Positions 36,910 to 47,082 of a stretch of 64,000 bases of DNA are shown piece after piece. The translations under genes were made by a program, and so were the position numbers. Within the stretch, counting starts at the first letter, position 1; every line of letters begins with the position of its first letter. The stretch is from Escherichia coli (lineage in GTDB: Bacteria > Pseudomonadota > Gammaproteobacteria > Enterobacterales > Enterobacteriaceae), in NCBI RefSeq assembly GCF_030384885.1, contig NZ_CP128613.1; one strand, given 5' to 3'. Below the pieces are notes generated by a model. That model saw only the letters and a list, made by a program, of their open reading frames with translations, did not search any database and was not told the origin of the DNA.

Positions 36910-37695
36910 ATGTCAATCGAATCTCTCAATGCGTTCTCAATGGATTTTTTCTCCCTGAAAGGTAAAACCGCAATTGTTACTGGTGGGAATAGCGGTTTAG
37001 GCCAGGCATTTGCCATGGCACTGGCAAAAGCAGGCGCAAATATCTTTATTCCTAGTTTCGTTAAAGATAATGGCGAAACAAAGGAAATGATTGAAAAACA
37101 GGGGGTTGAGGTGGGCTTCATGCAGGTGGATATCACCGCAGAAGGCGCGCCGCAGAAGATAATTGCCGCCTGTTGTGAACGTTTCGGCACCGTCGATATT
37201 CTGGTTAACAATGCCGGTATATGTAAGCTGAATAAGGTGCTGGATTTCGGTCGTGCCGACTGGGACCCGATGATTGACGTGAACCTGACCGCCGCATTCG
37301 AGTTAAGCTACGAAGCGGCAAAAATTATGATCCCGCAGAAAAGCGGTAAAATCATTAATATCTGTTCACTGTTTTCTTACTTAGGTGGTCAATGGTCTCC
37401 TGCTTATTCTGCCACTAAACACGCCCTTGCCGGATTTACCAAAGCCTATTGCGATGAATTAGGTCAATATAATATTCAGGTAAATGGTATTGCCCCAGGA
37501 TATTACGCTACCGATATCACCCTGGCGACACGCAGTAATCCAGAAACCAATCAGCGCGTTCTTGATCATATTCCAGCAAACCGTTGGGGCGATACTCAGG
37601 ATTTAATGGGCGCAGCCATATTTCTCGCAAGTCCGGCATCGAATTATGTCAACGGGCATTTATTAGTGGTTGATGGCGGTTATTTAGTGCGCTAA
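36910..37695 (+). CDS. ygcW: Short-chain dehydrogenase/reductase
   Basis: ORF track starts 36835; ATG at 36910 gives MSIESLNAFSMDFFSLKGKTAIVTGGNSGLGQAFA (TGxxxGxG Rossmann motif). Confidence 0.82.
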   Translation: MSIESLNAFSMDFFSLKGKTAIVTGGNSGLGQAFAMALAKAGANIFIPSFVKDNGETKEMIEKQGVEVGFMQVDITAEGAPQKIIAACCERFGTVDILVNNAGICKLNKVLDFGRADWDPMIDVNLTAAFELSYEAAKIMIPQKSGKIINICSLFSYLGGQWSPAYSATKHALAGFTKAYCDELGQYNIQVNGIAPGYYATDITLATRSNPETNQRVLDHIPANRWGDTQDLMGAAIFLASPASNYVNGHLLVVDGGYLVR

Positions 37696-37764
37696 TCCAT
37701 AACGGTGGTTTCTGATTTCTTTTATTAATGACTATTCCATTTTTATTATCAGGAAGGAATTACT

Positions 37765-39219
37765 ATGTCTTTATCTCGCGCAGCGATTGTCGACCAGCTA
37801 AAGGAAATTGTTGGTGCAGATCGCGTAATTACCGATGAAACGGTATTGAAGAAAAACAGTATTGATCGTTTTCGTAAATTTCCGGATATTCATGGTATTT
37901 ATACTTTGCCTATTCCGGCAGCGGTCGTAAAACTCGGTTCCACTGAGCAAGTGTCCCGTGTGCTGAATTTTATGAATGCACACAAAATTAACGGCGTACC
38001 ACGTACCGGTGCTTCCGCTACCGAAGGCGGGCTGGAAACCGTTGTGGAAAACTCGGTGGTGCTTGATGGCTCTGCAATGAATCAAATCATTAATATTGAT
38101 ATAGAGAATATGCAGGCGACGGCGCAATGTGGCGTTCCGCTGGAAGTGCTGGAAAACGCGTTGCGTGAAAAAGGTTACACCACGGGGCACTCTCCGCAGT
38201 CAAAACCGTTGGCGCAGATGGGTGGACTGGTGGCGACCCGTAGTATTGGGCAGTTCTCCACACTCTACGGCGCAATCGAGGATATGGTCGTTGGCCTGGA
38301 AGCAGTACTGGCTGATGGCACCGTGACACGCATTAAAAACGTGCCACGACGCGCGGCGGGTCCGGACATTCGTCACATCATCATCGGCAACGAAGGCGCA
38401 TTGTGCTATATCACTGAAGTCACTGTGAAAATCTTTAAATTCACCCCGGAAAACAACCTCTTCTACGGCTATATCCTGGAAGACATGAAAACCGGCTTCA
38501 ACATCCTGCGTGAAATCATGGTGGAAGGATATCGTCCGTCGATCGCTCGTTTGTATGACGCTGAAGATGGCACCCAACACTTCACCCATTTTGCCGACGG
38601 AAAATGCGTGCTGATCTTTATGGCTGAAGGTAACCCTCGCATTGCGAAGGCGACGGGCGAAGGGATTGCTGAAATCGTGGCACGTTACCCGCAATGCCAG
38701 CGCGTGGACAGCAAGCTGATCGAAACCTGGTTTAACAACCTGAACTGGGGACCGGATAAAGTGGCTGCCGAACGTGTGCAGATCCTCAAAACCGGCAACA
38801 TGGGCTTTACCACCGAAGTGTCCGGCTGCTGGAGTTGCATACACGAAATCTACGAAAGCGTTATTAACCGTATTCGTACCGAGTTCGCGCACGCCGACGA
38901 CATCACCATGCTGGGCGGTCACTCCTCTCATAGCTATCAGAACGGCACCAACATGTACTTCGTCTACGACTACAACGTCGTTGACTGTAAGCCGGAAGAG
39001 GAAATCGACAAATACCACAATCCGCTCAACAAAATCATCTGCGAAGAAACCATTCGCCTCGGCGGTTCGATGGTACACCATCACGGTATCGGTAAACATC
39101 GTGTTCACTGGAGCAAACTGGAACACGGCAGCGCGTGGACATTGCTGGAAGGGCTGAAAAAACAGTTCGATCCTAACGGTATTATGAATACGGGTACTAT
39201 CTATCCGATTGAAAAATAA
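37765..39219 (+). CDS. ygcU: FAD-linked oxidase (FAD-binding PCMH type, GlcD / alkyl-DHAP-synthase-like)
   Basis: 484-aa ORF with an N-terminal FAD-binding domain pattern. Confidence 0.8.
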   Translation: MSLSRAAIVDQLKEIVGADRVITDETVLKKNSIDRFRKFPDIHGIYTLPIPAAVVKLGSTEQVSRVLNFMNAHKINGVPRTGASATEGGLETVVENSVVLDGSAMNQIINIDIENMQATAQCGVPLEVLENALREKGYTTGHSPQSKPLAQMGGLVATRSIGQFSTLYGAIEDMVVGLEAVLADGTVTRIKNVPRRAAGPDIRHIIIGNEGALCYITEVTVKIFKFTPENNLFYGYILEDMKTGFNILREIMVEGYRPSIARLYDAEDGTQHFTHFADGKCVLIFMAEGNPRIAKATGEGIAEIVARYPQCQRVDSKLIETWFNNLNWGPDKVAAERVQILKTGNMGFTTEVSGCWSCIHEIYESVINRIRTEFAHADDITMLGGHSSHSYQNGTNMYFVYDYNVVDCKPEEEIDKYHNPLNKIICEETIRLGGSMVHHHGIGKHRVHWSKLEHGSAWTLLEGLKKQFDPNGIMNTGTIYPIEK

Positions 39220-39312
39220 TGTGTCAGGCAGCGTTTCGCGATGACGGGGCGTTGTCTTTTCGGCTTCTCAACCGGGAAGCCGTTCTTATTACCGGACAAT
39301 GAAGGGGTAAAG

Positions 39313-40650
39313 ATGAACACTTCACCGGTGCGAATGGATGATTTACCGCTTAACCGTTTTCACTGTCGAATTGCTGCGCTGACTTTCGGCGCACACCTGA
39401 CCGACGGTTATGTTCTCGGCGTCATTGGTTACGCCATAATTCAGCTTACTCCAGCCATGCAACTGACGCCGTTTATGGCGGGAATGATCGGCGGCTCGGC
39501 GCTACTTGGCCTGTTTATCGGCAGCCTGGTTTTGGGCTGGATCTCCGACCATATCGGGCGGCAAAAAATCTTCACCTTCAGCTTTATGCTGATTACGCTC
39601 GCCTCGTTCCTGCAATTTTTTGCCACCACGCCAGAGCATCTTATTGGACTACGCATTTTGATCGGCATTGGTCTGGGAGGCGACTATTCAGTAGGTCACA
39701 CCTTGCTGGCTGAATTTTCCCCGCGCCGCCATCGCGGTATTTTGCTAGGCGCTTTCAGCGTGGTGTGGACCGTAGGTTATGTGTTGGCAAGTCTTGCCGG
39801 ACATCACTTTATTAGCGAAAGCCCCGAAGCCTGGCGATGGTTACTTGCATCGGCGGCATTTCCTGCCCTGTTGATTACGTTGTTACGTTGGGGAACGCCA
39901 GAATCGCCACGCTGGCTACTGCGCCAGGGGCGTTTTGCAGAAGCTCACGCTATCGTGCATCGCTATTTTGGTCCCCATGTTTTACTGGGCGATGAAGTGG
40001 CAACGGCGACCCATAAACACATCAAAACCTTGTTCTCTTCGCGCTACTGGCGGCGCACGGCGTTTAACAGCGTCTTCTTTGTCTGCCTCGTAATCCCATG
40101 GTTTGTGATTTATACCTGGCTGCCAACTATCGCCCAAACTATTGGACTGGAAGATGCGCTGACTGCCAGCCTGATGCTTAATGCGTTGTTAATTGTGGGC
40201 GCGCTGCTGGGATTATTTCTGACGCACCTGCTGGCACATCGCAAATTTTTGCTGGGAAGTTTTTTGCTGCTGGCGGCAACGCTGGTAGTGATGGCCTGTT
40301 TGCCTTCTGGCAGTTCATTAACGCTGCTGCTTTTTGTTCTCTTCAGCACCACCATTTCGGCAGTCAGTAATCTGGTGGGCATTTTGCCTGCGGAAAGTTT
40401 TCCTACTGACATTCGCTCGCTGGGTGTCGGTTTTGCCACTGCCATGAGTCGGTTGGGGGCGGCGGTAAGTACTGGCCTGCTGCCGTGGGTGCTGGCGCAG
40501 TGGGGAATGCAAGTCACCTTATTGCTCCTGGCGGCAGTGTTGTTGGTTGGTTTTGTTGTGACCTGGCTATGGGCACCAGAAACCAAAGCACTCCCGCTGG
40601 TGGCGGCGGGAAATGTAGGAGGTACTAATGAACATTCTGTTAGCATTTAA
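39313..40650 (+). CDS. ygcS: MFS sugar-type transporter
   Basis: ORF track starts 39241; ATG at 39313 preceded by GAAGGGG gives MNTSPVRMDDLPLNRFH...; polytopic. Confidence 0.78.
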   Translation: MNTSPVRMDDLPLNRFHCRIAALTFGAHLTDGYVLGVIGYAIIQLTPAMQLTPFMAGMIGGSALLGLFIGSLVLGWISDHIGRQKIFTFSFMLITLASFLQFFATTPEHLIGLRILIGIGLGGDYSVGHTLLAEFSPRRHRGILLGAFSVVWTVGYVLASLAGHHFISESPEAWRWLLASAAFPALLITLLRWGTPESPRWLLRQGRFAEAHAIVHRYFGPHVLLGDEVATATHKHIKTLFSSRYWRRTAFNSVFFVCLVIPWFVIYTWLPTIAQTIGLEDALTASLMLNALLIVGALLGLFLTHLLAHRKFLLGSFLLLAATLVVMACLPSGSSLTLLLFVLFSTTISAVSNLVGILPAESFPTDIRSLGVGFATAMSRLGAAVSTGLLPWVLAQWGMQVTLLLLAAVLLVGFVVTWLWAPETKALPLVAAGNVGGTNEHSVSI

Positions 40651-41407
40651 AGCCGAACCGGATGCCGGAATGCTGGCGGAAAAAGAGTGGCAGGCAGCGG
40701 CTCAGGGTAATAGCGGACCGGATGTTTCGCTTCTGCGAAGTTTACTCGGTGCTGATGAACAGGCTGCCGCCGCGCTGCTGTTGGCGCAGAGAAAAAACGG
40801 TACGTCGATGTCTTTAACCGCGTTGAGCATGGGGGATGAACGGGCGTTGCACTGGCTGCGCTATCTCATGGCTCTTGGGTTTGAGGAAGCTGTATTGCTG
40901 GAGACGGCGGCAGATCTGCGCTTTGCGCCGGAATTTGTCGCTCGCCATATTGCCGAATGGCAGCGCCAGAATCCGCTGGATCTGATCATTACTGGCTGCC
41001 AGAGCAGCGAAGGGCAGAACGGGCAAACGCCATTTTTGCTGGCGGAAATGCTGACCTGGCCCTGTTTTACCCAGGTGGAGCGTTTTACTCTCGACGCACC
41101 GTTTATCTCGCTCGAACAGCGTACTGAACATGGATTACGCTGTTGTCGGGTTCGCTTGCCTGCGGTGATTGCCGTGCGCCAGTGTGGCGAGGTGGCCTTG
41201 CCAGTACCGGGAATGCGCCAGCGAATGGCTGCGGGGAAAGCTGAAATTATCCGCAAAACTGTTACTGCTGAATCGTCAGCGATGCAGTGCCGGCAACTGG
41301 AAAGGCCAGAGCAACGACGCGGTGCAACGCTTCTTGATGGGCAAACGGTAGCAGAAAAAGCGCAAAAGCTATGGCAGGACTATTTACGCCAAAGGATGCA
41401 GCCATGA
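40628..41407 (+). CDS. ygcR: Electron-transfer flavoprotein beta-subunit-like (FixA-like)
   Basis: 259-aa ORF; paired with the following ETF-alpha-like gene; overlaps the end of ygcS. Confidence 0.75.
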   Translation: MNILLAFKAEPDAGMLAEKEWQAAAQGNSGPDVSLLRSLLGADEQAAAALLLAQRKNGTSMSLTALSMGDERALHWLRYLMALGFEEAVLLETAADLRFAPEFVARHIAEWQRQNPLDLIITGCQSSEGQNGQTPFLLAEMLTWPCFTQVERFTLDAPFISLEQRTEHGLRCCRVRLPAVIAVRQCGEVALPVPGMRQRMAAGKAEIIRKTVTAESSAMQCRQLERPEQRRGATLLDGQTVAEKAQKLWQDYLRQRMQP

Positions 41408-42264
41408 ATATCGCCATTGTGACAATAAATCAGGAACATGCCGCAATAGCGGGCTGGCTGGCGGAGCAGGATTTCAGCGGCAGCACATTAACGCACTGGC
41501 AAATCGAGCCGCAGCCGATGGTCGCGGAACAGGTGCTGGATGCGCTGGTAGAACAGTGGCAGCGAACGCCTGCGGACGTTGTTCTCTTTCCGCCGGGAAC
41601 GTTTGGCGATGAACTGGCTACCCGCCTGTCCTGGCGTTTACATGGTGCCAGTATATGCCAGGTGACTTCATTAAATATTCCAACCGGAAGCGTACGCAAA
41701 TCCCACTGGGGAAATGCGCTAACGGCGACGCTGCAAACAGAAAAACGCCCGCTATGCCTTTCCCTTGCCCGCCAGGCGGGAGCAGTGAAAAATGCCACGT
41801 TGCCCTCTGGTATGCAGCAACTGAACATTGTCCCCGGCGCGCTTCCCGACTGGCTGGTTAGCACAGAGGATCTGAAAAATGTTACCCACGACCCATTAGC
41901 TGAGGCCAGACGGGTGCTGGTGGTGGGGCAGGGCGGAGAGGCAGATAACCAGGAAATCGCTATGCTGGCAGAAAAGCTGGGAGCCGAAGCGGGCTACAGT
42001 CGGGCGCGAGTAATGAACGGTGGCGTTGATGCCGAAAAAGTGATTGGTATTTCCGGACATCTGCTGGCACCTGAGGTGTGTATTGTTGTTGGCGCTTCCG
42101 GCGCAGCAGCGTTAATGGCGGGCGTCCGCAATAGCAAGTTTGTGGTGGCGATTAATCATGACGCCAGCGCGGCGGTATTTTCACAGGCAGATGTTGGCGT
42201 GGTTGATGACTGGAAAGCGGTGCTGGAGGCACTGGTGACAACCATTCACGCAGATTGCCAATAA
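41404..42264 (+). CDS. ygcQ: Electron-transfer flavoprotein alpha-subunit-like (FixB-like)
   Basis: ATG at 41404 gives MNIAIVTINQEHAAIAGW...; C-terminal FAD-binding ETF-alpha pattern. Confidence 0.75.
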   Translation: MNIAIVTINQEHAAIAGWLAEQDFSGSTLTHWQIEPQPMVAEQVLDALVEQWQRTPADVVLFPPGTFGDELATRLSWRLHGASICQVTSLNIPTGSVRKSHWGNALTATLQTEKRPLCLSLARQAGAVKNATLPSGMQQLNIVPGALPDWLVSTEDLKNVTHDPLAEARRVLVVGQGGEADNQEIAMLAEKLGAEAGYSRARVMNGGVDAEKVIGISGHLLAPEVCIVVGASGAAALMAGVRNSKFVVAINHDASAAVFSQADVGVVDDWKAVLEALVTTIHADCQ

Positions 42265-42269
42265 CGTGC

Positions 42270-42380
42270 TGCCGGATGATCCTGTCTACGGTTCTGGGCT
42301 GGGGACTGTAGGCCTGATAAGACGCGTCAAGCGTCGTATCAGGCGCTGAATGCCGGATTAGGCATGTGGCCTACAAATCA
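42270..42380. repeat. BIME / REP cluster
   Basis: ctgtaggcctgataagacgcgtcaagcgtcgtatcaggcgctgaatgccggattaggcatgtggcctacaa; several palindromic units between convergent ygcQ and ygcP. Confidence 0.75.
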
Positions 42381-42409
42381 CACAAATTCAATTCGTTACG
42401 ATTATCTCG

Positions 42410-42985
42410 TCAAAGCAATTTTTTCGCTAACGTCCAGACCCCGGTATTCGTGGTAGAAAGCGCCACTACACCGGCGTTAATCGCATTACGCGCATCTTCT
42501 TCATCGCACACCAGCCCGCCAGCAATCAGCGGCTGGTGGATTTTCTCCGTTACCCAGCCCAGCACTTTAGGCATACAGCCTGGCAGAATTTCAATACAAT
42601 CAGGATTCGATTGCGCAACCTGCTTATCAATGTTGTGAAAAGAAATCGAGTCGACAATAAACAAGCGATGAATACAGAAAAAGCCTTCCGCTCTCGCCGC
42701 TTTTAGCATTGACGCTTTGGTACTGATAATGCCGTCCGCCTCGGTCACCAGTTTCAGAAACTGAATTACTACTTCTTTATTTGACGCGCCTTCCAGCAAA
42801 TCGACATGAATAAAAGCATATTTTCCGGCGTTCTTAATCTTTTTGACGATATGACTGATGGTGCAAATATTGCCGTATAACACGGAAATAAACTGGCATT
42901 CAGAATCGATTGCCAACTGCAGGCTGGCATTATCTTTAACGGCAGCAATCACCGGATTCTGGCGGAGCAGGTGTAAGAGGGGCAT
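42410..42985 (-). CDS. ygcP: GlpP-family (glycerol-3-phosphate-responsive) antiterminator-like protein
   Basis: 191-aa ORF MPLLHLLRQNPVIAAVKDNASLQLAIDSECQFISVLYGNI... matches the GlpP / G3P_antiterm family. Confidence 0.72.
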   Translation of the reverse strand: MPLLHLLRQNPVIAAVKDNASLQLAIDSECQFISVLYGNICTISHIVKKIKNAGKYAFIHVDLLEGASNKEVVIQFLKLVTEADGIISTKASMLKAARAEGFFCIHRLFIVDSISFHNIDKQVAQSNPDCIEILPGCMPKVLGWVTEKIHQPLIAGGLVCDEEDARNAINAGVVALSTTNTGVWTLAKKLL

Positions 42986-43001
42986 AAATTATCCTTATTA
43001 T

Positions 43002-43262
43002 TTATCCAAAGCGGTAGGTGATGCCGAATCCGGAAGGCGGATAGCGCCACTGTTGTAGGTTTTTTTCATCACACAGTAAACGGCAGGTGCCACACTCCAG
43101 GCAGCCGCGATAATCAACGCGTAAGTCGCCTTCCGGCGTGAGCGAAAAAAGACCAGCCGGACAAGCGTTAATCAACCGTTCTGCCGTCTGGCGCTCAACG
43201 GAGTCTGCCGGAACAATATGTGGCGCATCAGCAGCGCGCCAGAGATTACGGGCTACAGACAT
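43002..43262 (-). CDS. ygcO: Ferredoxin-like protein (FixX-like)
   Basis: ORF track gives a 98-aa frame; probable start is the internal Met (MSVARNLWR...); Cys motif CLECGTCRLLC. Confidence 0.7.
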   Translation of the reverse strand: MSVARNLWRAADAPHIVPADSVERQTAERLINACPAGLFSLTPEGDLRVDYRGCLECGTCRLLCDEKNLQQWRYPPSGFGITYRFG

Positions 43263-44524
43263 CGAATACTCCTGACAACATCGCCCGCCAGATGCCACAG
43301 GCCATGACGACGTAAATGACGCCAGAGCAACTGGCGCAGCGGCGGAACAGGTTTATCACCTTGATCCCATAAATCACGGGAAATATCCTGCATTAACGCA
43401 GGCCACTTACGGTACCAGCCCGGGCGTTGCAAAAGCGCCGGAACATGCTGATAACGCTGTAGAACATCCCACAACATGCTGTGCTCTACATTGTGATGAT
43501 AAAGCGGAAACAGATTTTGCGGCTCGCGGTGCTGACAGGCGCTTATCAGCGTGTGTGCCGCCGCCTGCGCGCCAGTCAGCGCCATATCCATGCCGCGCAC
43601 GGAAATTCCGGTATTGACGCAACTGCGCAACGTATCGCCCACCAGCAGCCAGCCGTTACCGCCATATTGCACCGGCATACTGTGCAGCCCACCTTCCGGC
43701 ACCAGATGCGCGCCATACTCCAGTGATTCCGTGTTTTTGATAAGCGGGCGCACTGCCGGATGCGTTTTAAAGCGAGCCAGCAGCTCGCTTGCCGGAACAC
43801 GACTTTGCGTAAGTGAAGAGAGCGGGCAAACAATCCCTAACGAGAGCGTTTGTTGATTAGTATAAAGAAATGCGCCGCCGGGTAAGTCATCACAGATTTC
43901 GCCGCTGAATAACAACGCTGCGCCTTCGTTATTCTCCAGATGAAAACGTTCTTCAATAGCGGATGTTTCCAGTGACAGAACTTCTTTAATCCCCAACGCC
44001 ATCACTTCGCCAGCAGGACGAGTCACTAACCCGTGACGCTCAGACAGGACGCTGTTGGCACCTTCTGCCAGCACCACATAACGGGCGCGGAGAATATCGT
44101 CACCACAAATAACGCCGCAAACTCTGCCTTTTTCTTCATACAGTGCATCCACCGTCGTACCGGGGATGCATTCGACACCTTCTTTTTCGGCTTCGGCAAC
44201 CAGCCACGGATCGAATCGCGCACGTAATACACTCCAGGATTCACCGTCGGGCTGTAAGCTGGAAAACGTCGTTGCGCCATCGGGCGTTAACAGAGAAAGG
44301 CTTTCGTGAGTGATGCGTCGTTCAAGGGGCGCGGTCAGGTGAAATTGAGGGAGGAGTTCCGCAAGTGCATGGGTATATAACCGCCCGCCGGAAAGATTTT
44401 TGCTGCCGGGAATTTCAGCGCGTTCCAGTAACAAAACGGATAAACCCGCTCGCGCGCAGCGTAACGCGCAAGCAGTGCCTGCAATACCGGCACCAATAAT
44501 AATAATGTCGCAGTCGTCTTCCAT
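43253..44524 (-). CDS. ygcN: FAD-dependent oxidoreductase (FixC-like, ETF-quinone oxidoreductase type)
   Basis: ORF track gives 433 aa; probable start MEDDCDIIIIGAGIAGTACA (dinucleotide-binding GxGxxG). Confidence 0.78.
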   Translation of the reverse strand: MEDDCDIIIIGAGIAGTACALRCARAGLSVLLLERAEIPGSKNLSGGRLYTHALAELLPQFHLTAPLERRITHESLSLLTPDGATTFSSLQPDGESWSVLRARFDPWLVAEAEKEGVECIPGTTVDALYEEKGRVCGVICGDDILRARYVVLAEGANSVLSERHGLVTRPAGEVMALGIKEVLSLETSAIEERFHLENNEGAALLFSGEICDDLPGGAFLYTNQQTLSLGIVCPLSSLTQSRVPASELLARFKTHPAVRPLIKNTESLEYGAHLVPEGGLHSMPVQYGGNGWLLVGDTLRSCVNTGISVRGMDMALTGAQAAAHTLISACQHREPQNLFPLYHHNVEHSMLWDVLQRYQHVPALLQRPGWYRKWPALMQDISRDLWDQGDKPVPPLRQLLWRHLRRHGLWHLAGDVVRSIRCL

Positions 44525-44601
44525 GTCATGCCCCAGATATCCAGAACACAACACCCTAACATAGCGTTACTTAAGGGAAATTGACCGCCGACACACTCTT
44601 A

Positions 44602-44967
44602 TCATTCGCCGCGATAGATACAACCTGCGGTGCAGGTTTCTTTTACCATCACCGCACTTAACAGCGGCACAACGGGTTTAACCTGATCCCAAATCCATTT
44701 TGCTAAAACTTCGCTGGTTGGGTTTTCCAGACCTGGAATATCATTGAGATAATGGTGATCGAGGCGCTCATAAGTTGGCTTAAACGCTGCTTTCAGTTCA
44801 GCGAAATCGATAATCCAGCCCGTATGCGGATCGACTTCCCCGGTAATTTCCAGTCGCACCATAAAGGAATGCCCGTGCAGGCGACCACATTTATGCCCTT
44901 CCGGGACGTGTGGTAAGCGGTGAGCGGCTTCGAAGGTGAAATCTTTAAATAACGTGGTGGACATCAT
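44602..44967 (-). CDS. queD: 6-carboxy-5,6,7,8-tetrahydropterin synthase
   Basis: ORF track gives a 149-aa frame; product begins at the internal [34 protein letters not shown] (121 aa). Confidence 0.88.
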   Translation of the reverse strand: MMSTTLFKDFTFEAAHRLPHVPEGHKCGRLHGHSFMVRLEITGEVDPHTGWIIDFAELKAAFKPTYERLDHHYLNDIPGLENPTSEVLAKWIWDQVKPVVPLLSAVMVKETCTAGCIYRGE

Positions 44968-45282
44968 AATTTCTCTACAGGACGATAAAACCGCCGTAGA
45001 GTACCGGAAAGGCTGTTTTTTCGCATTATCTAAAACGACTTTGTTGCGCAAAATCGCTGATTTATCTTAATGATTGGATAAATTCATTTGTTTTTCATTG
45101 GGTTGAGTAATCTATTTTGTTGTTAAAGACTATTGCTAAAACAGGTTAGTCGATTTGGTTATTAGTTATCGCTATCCCGTCTTTAATCCACACCGTTCAT
45201 CCCGTTAACCTTACCTTCTCTTCTGTTTTATGGGCGCTGACAGGGCGCAGAAACAGCTTTGCTTACTGGAACATAACGACGC

Positions 45283-47082
45283 ATGACGACACAGGTCCCA
45301 CCTTCCGCGTTGCTTCCGTTGAACCCGGAGCAACTGGCACGCCTTCAGGCGGCCACGACCGATTTAACTCCCACCCAGCTTGCCTGGGTTTCTGGCTATT
45401 TCTGGGGCGTGCTCAACCAGCAGCCTGCTGCGCTTACAGCGACGCCAGCGCCCGCCGCAGAAATGCCGGGTATAACTATTATCTCCGCTTCGCAAACCGG
45501 CAATGCGCGCCGGGTTGCTGAAACATTACGCGATGATTTATTAGCGGCAAAACTGAACGTTAAGCTGGTGAACGCGGGCGACTATAAATTCAAACAAATC
45601 GCCAGCGAAAAACTGCTCATCGTGGTGACGTCAACGCAAGGTGAAGGGGAACCGCCGGAAGAGGCCGTCGCGCTGCATAAGTTCCTGTTCTCCAAAAAAG
45701 CGCCGAAGCTGGAAAACACCGCGTTTGCCGTGTTTAGTCTCGGCGATAGCTCTTATGAATTTTTCTGCCAGTCCGGGAAAGATTTCGATAGCAAGCTGGC
45801 GGAACTGGGCGGTGAACGCCTGCTCGACCGTGTCGATGCCGACGTTGAATACCAGGCTGCTGCCAGCGAGTGGCGCGCCCGCGTGGTCGATGTTCTTAAA
45901 TCGCGCGCGCCTGTCGCAGCACCTTCACAATCCGTCGCTACTGGCGCGGTAAATGAAATCCACACCAGCCCGTACAGCAAAGACGCGCCGCTGGTGGCGA
46001 GCCTTTCGGTTAACCAGAAAATTACCGGGCGTAACTCTGAAAAAGACGTTCGCCATATCGAAATTGACTTAGGTGACTCTGGCCTGCGTTATCAGCCGGG
46101 TGACGCGCTGGGCGTCTGGTATCAGAACGATCCGGCACTGGTGAAAGAACTTGTCGAACTGCTGTGGCTGAAAGGTGATGAACCTGTCACCGTTGAGGGC
46201 AAAACCCTGCCGCTGAATGAGGCGCTACAGTGGCATTTTGAACTCACCGTCAACACCGCCAACATCGTTGAGAACTACGCCACGCTAACCCGCAGTGAAA
46301 CGCTGCTGCCGCTGGTGGGCGATAAATCGAAGTTACAGCATTACGCCGCGACGACGCCGATTGTCGACATGGTGCGTTTTTCTCCGGCACAGCTTGACGC
46401 TGAAGCCCTGATTAACTTGCTGCGCCCGCTGACGCCGCGCCTGTACTCCATCGCCTCCTCGCAGGCGGAAGTCGAGAACGAAGTACACGTCACCGTTGGC
46501 GTGGTGCGTTATGACGTGGAAGGCCGCGCCCGTGCTGGCGGTGCCTCCAGCTTCCTTGCGGACCGTGTGGAAGAAGAGGGCGAAGTCCGCGTATTTATCG
46601 AACATAACGACAACTTCCGCCTACCAGCCAACCCGGAAACGCCGGTGATTATGATTGGCCCGGGCACCGGCATCGCACCGTTCCGCGCCTTTATGCAGCA
46701 ACGTGCTGCTGACGAAGCGCCGGGTAAAAACTGGCTGTTCTTCGGCAACCCACACTTTACGGAAGATTTCCTCTACCAGGTGGAGTGGCAGCGCTACGTC
46801 AAAGAGGGCGTGCTGACACGTATCGATCTCGCCTGGTCGCGCGATCAAAAAGAAAAAATTTACGTACAAGACAAACTGCGCGAACAGGGCGCAGAGCTGT
46901 GGCGCTGGATCAATGACGGTGCCCACATTTATGTCTGCGGCGACGCTAATCGCATGGCGAAAGACGTTGAACAGGCACTTCTGGAAGTGATTGCCGAATT
47001 TGGTGGCATGGACACCGAAGCGGCGGATGAATTTTTAAGTGAGCTGCGCGTAGAGCGCCGTTATCAGCGAGATGTCTACTAA
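45283..47082 (+). CDS. cysJ: Sulfite reductase [NADPH] flavoprotein alpha subunit
   Basis: 599-aa ORF with flavodoxin-like N-terminus and FAD/NADPH reductase C-terminus. Confidence 0.95.
   Translation: MTTQVPPSALLPLNPEQLARLQAATTDLTPTQLAWVSGYFWGVLNQQPAALTATPAPAAEMPGITIISASQTGNARRVAETLRDDLLAAKLNVKLVNAGDYKFKQIASEKLLIVVTSTQGEGEPPEEAVALHKFLFSKKAPKLENTAFAVFSLGDSSYEFFCQSGKDFDSKLAELGGERLLDRVDADVEYQAAASEWRARVVDVLKSRAPVAAPSQSVATGAVNEIHTSPYSKDAPLVASLSVNQKITGRNSEKDVRHIEIDLGDSGLRYQPGDALGVWYQNDPALVKELVELLWLKGDEPVTVEGKTLPLNEALQWHFELTVNTANIVENYATLTRSETLLPLVGDKSKLQHYAATTPIVDMVRFSPAQLDAEALINLLRPLTPRLYSIASSQAEVENEVHVTVGVVRYDVEGRARAGGASSFLADRVEEEGEVRVFIEHNDNFRLPANPETPVIMIGPGTGIAPFRAFMQQRAADEAPGKNWLFFGNPHFTEDFLYQVEWQRYVKEGVLTRIDLAWSRDQKEKIYVQDKLREQGAELWRWINDGAHIYVCGDANRMAKDVEQALLEVIAEFGGMDTEAADEFLSELRVERRYQRDVY

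Noticed and set aside
38200-39126. 308-aa minus-strand ORF opposite ygcU
   Set aside because: Antisense to the FAD-linked oxidase gene; no recognisable features.
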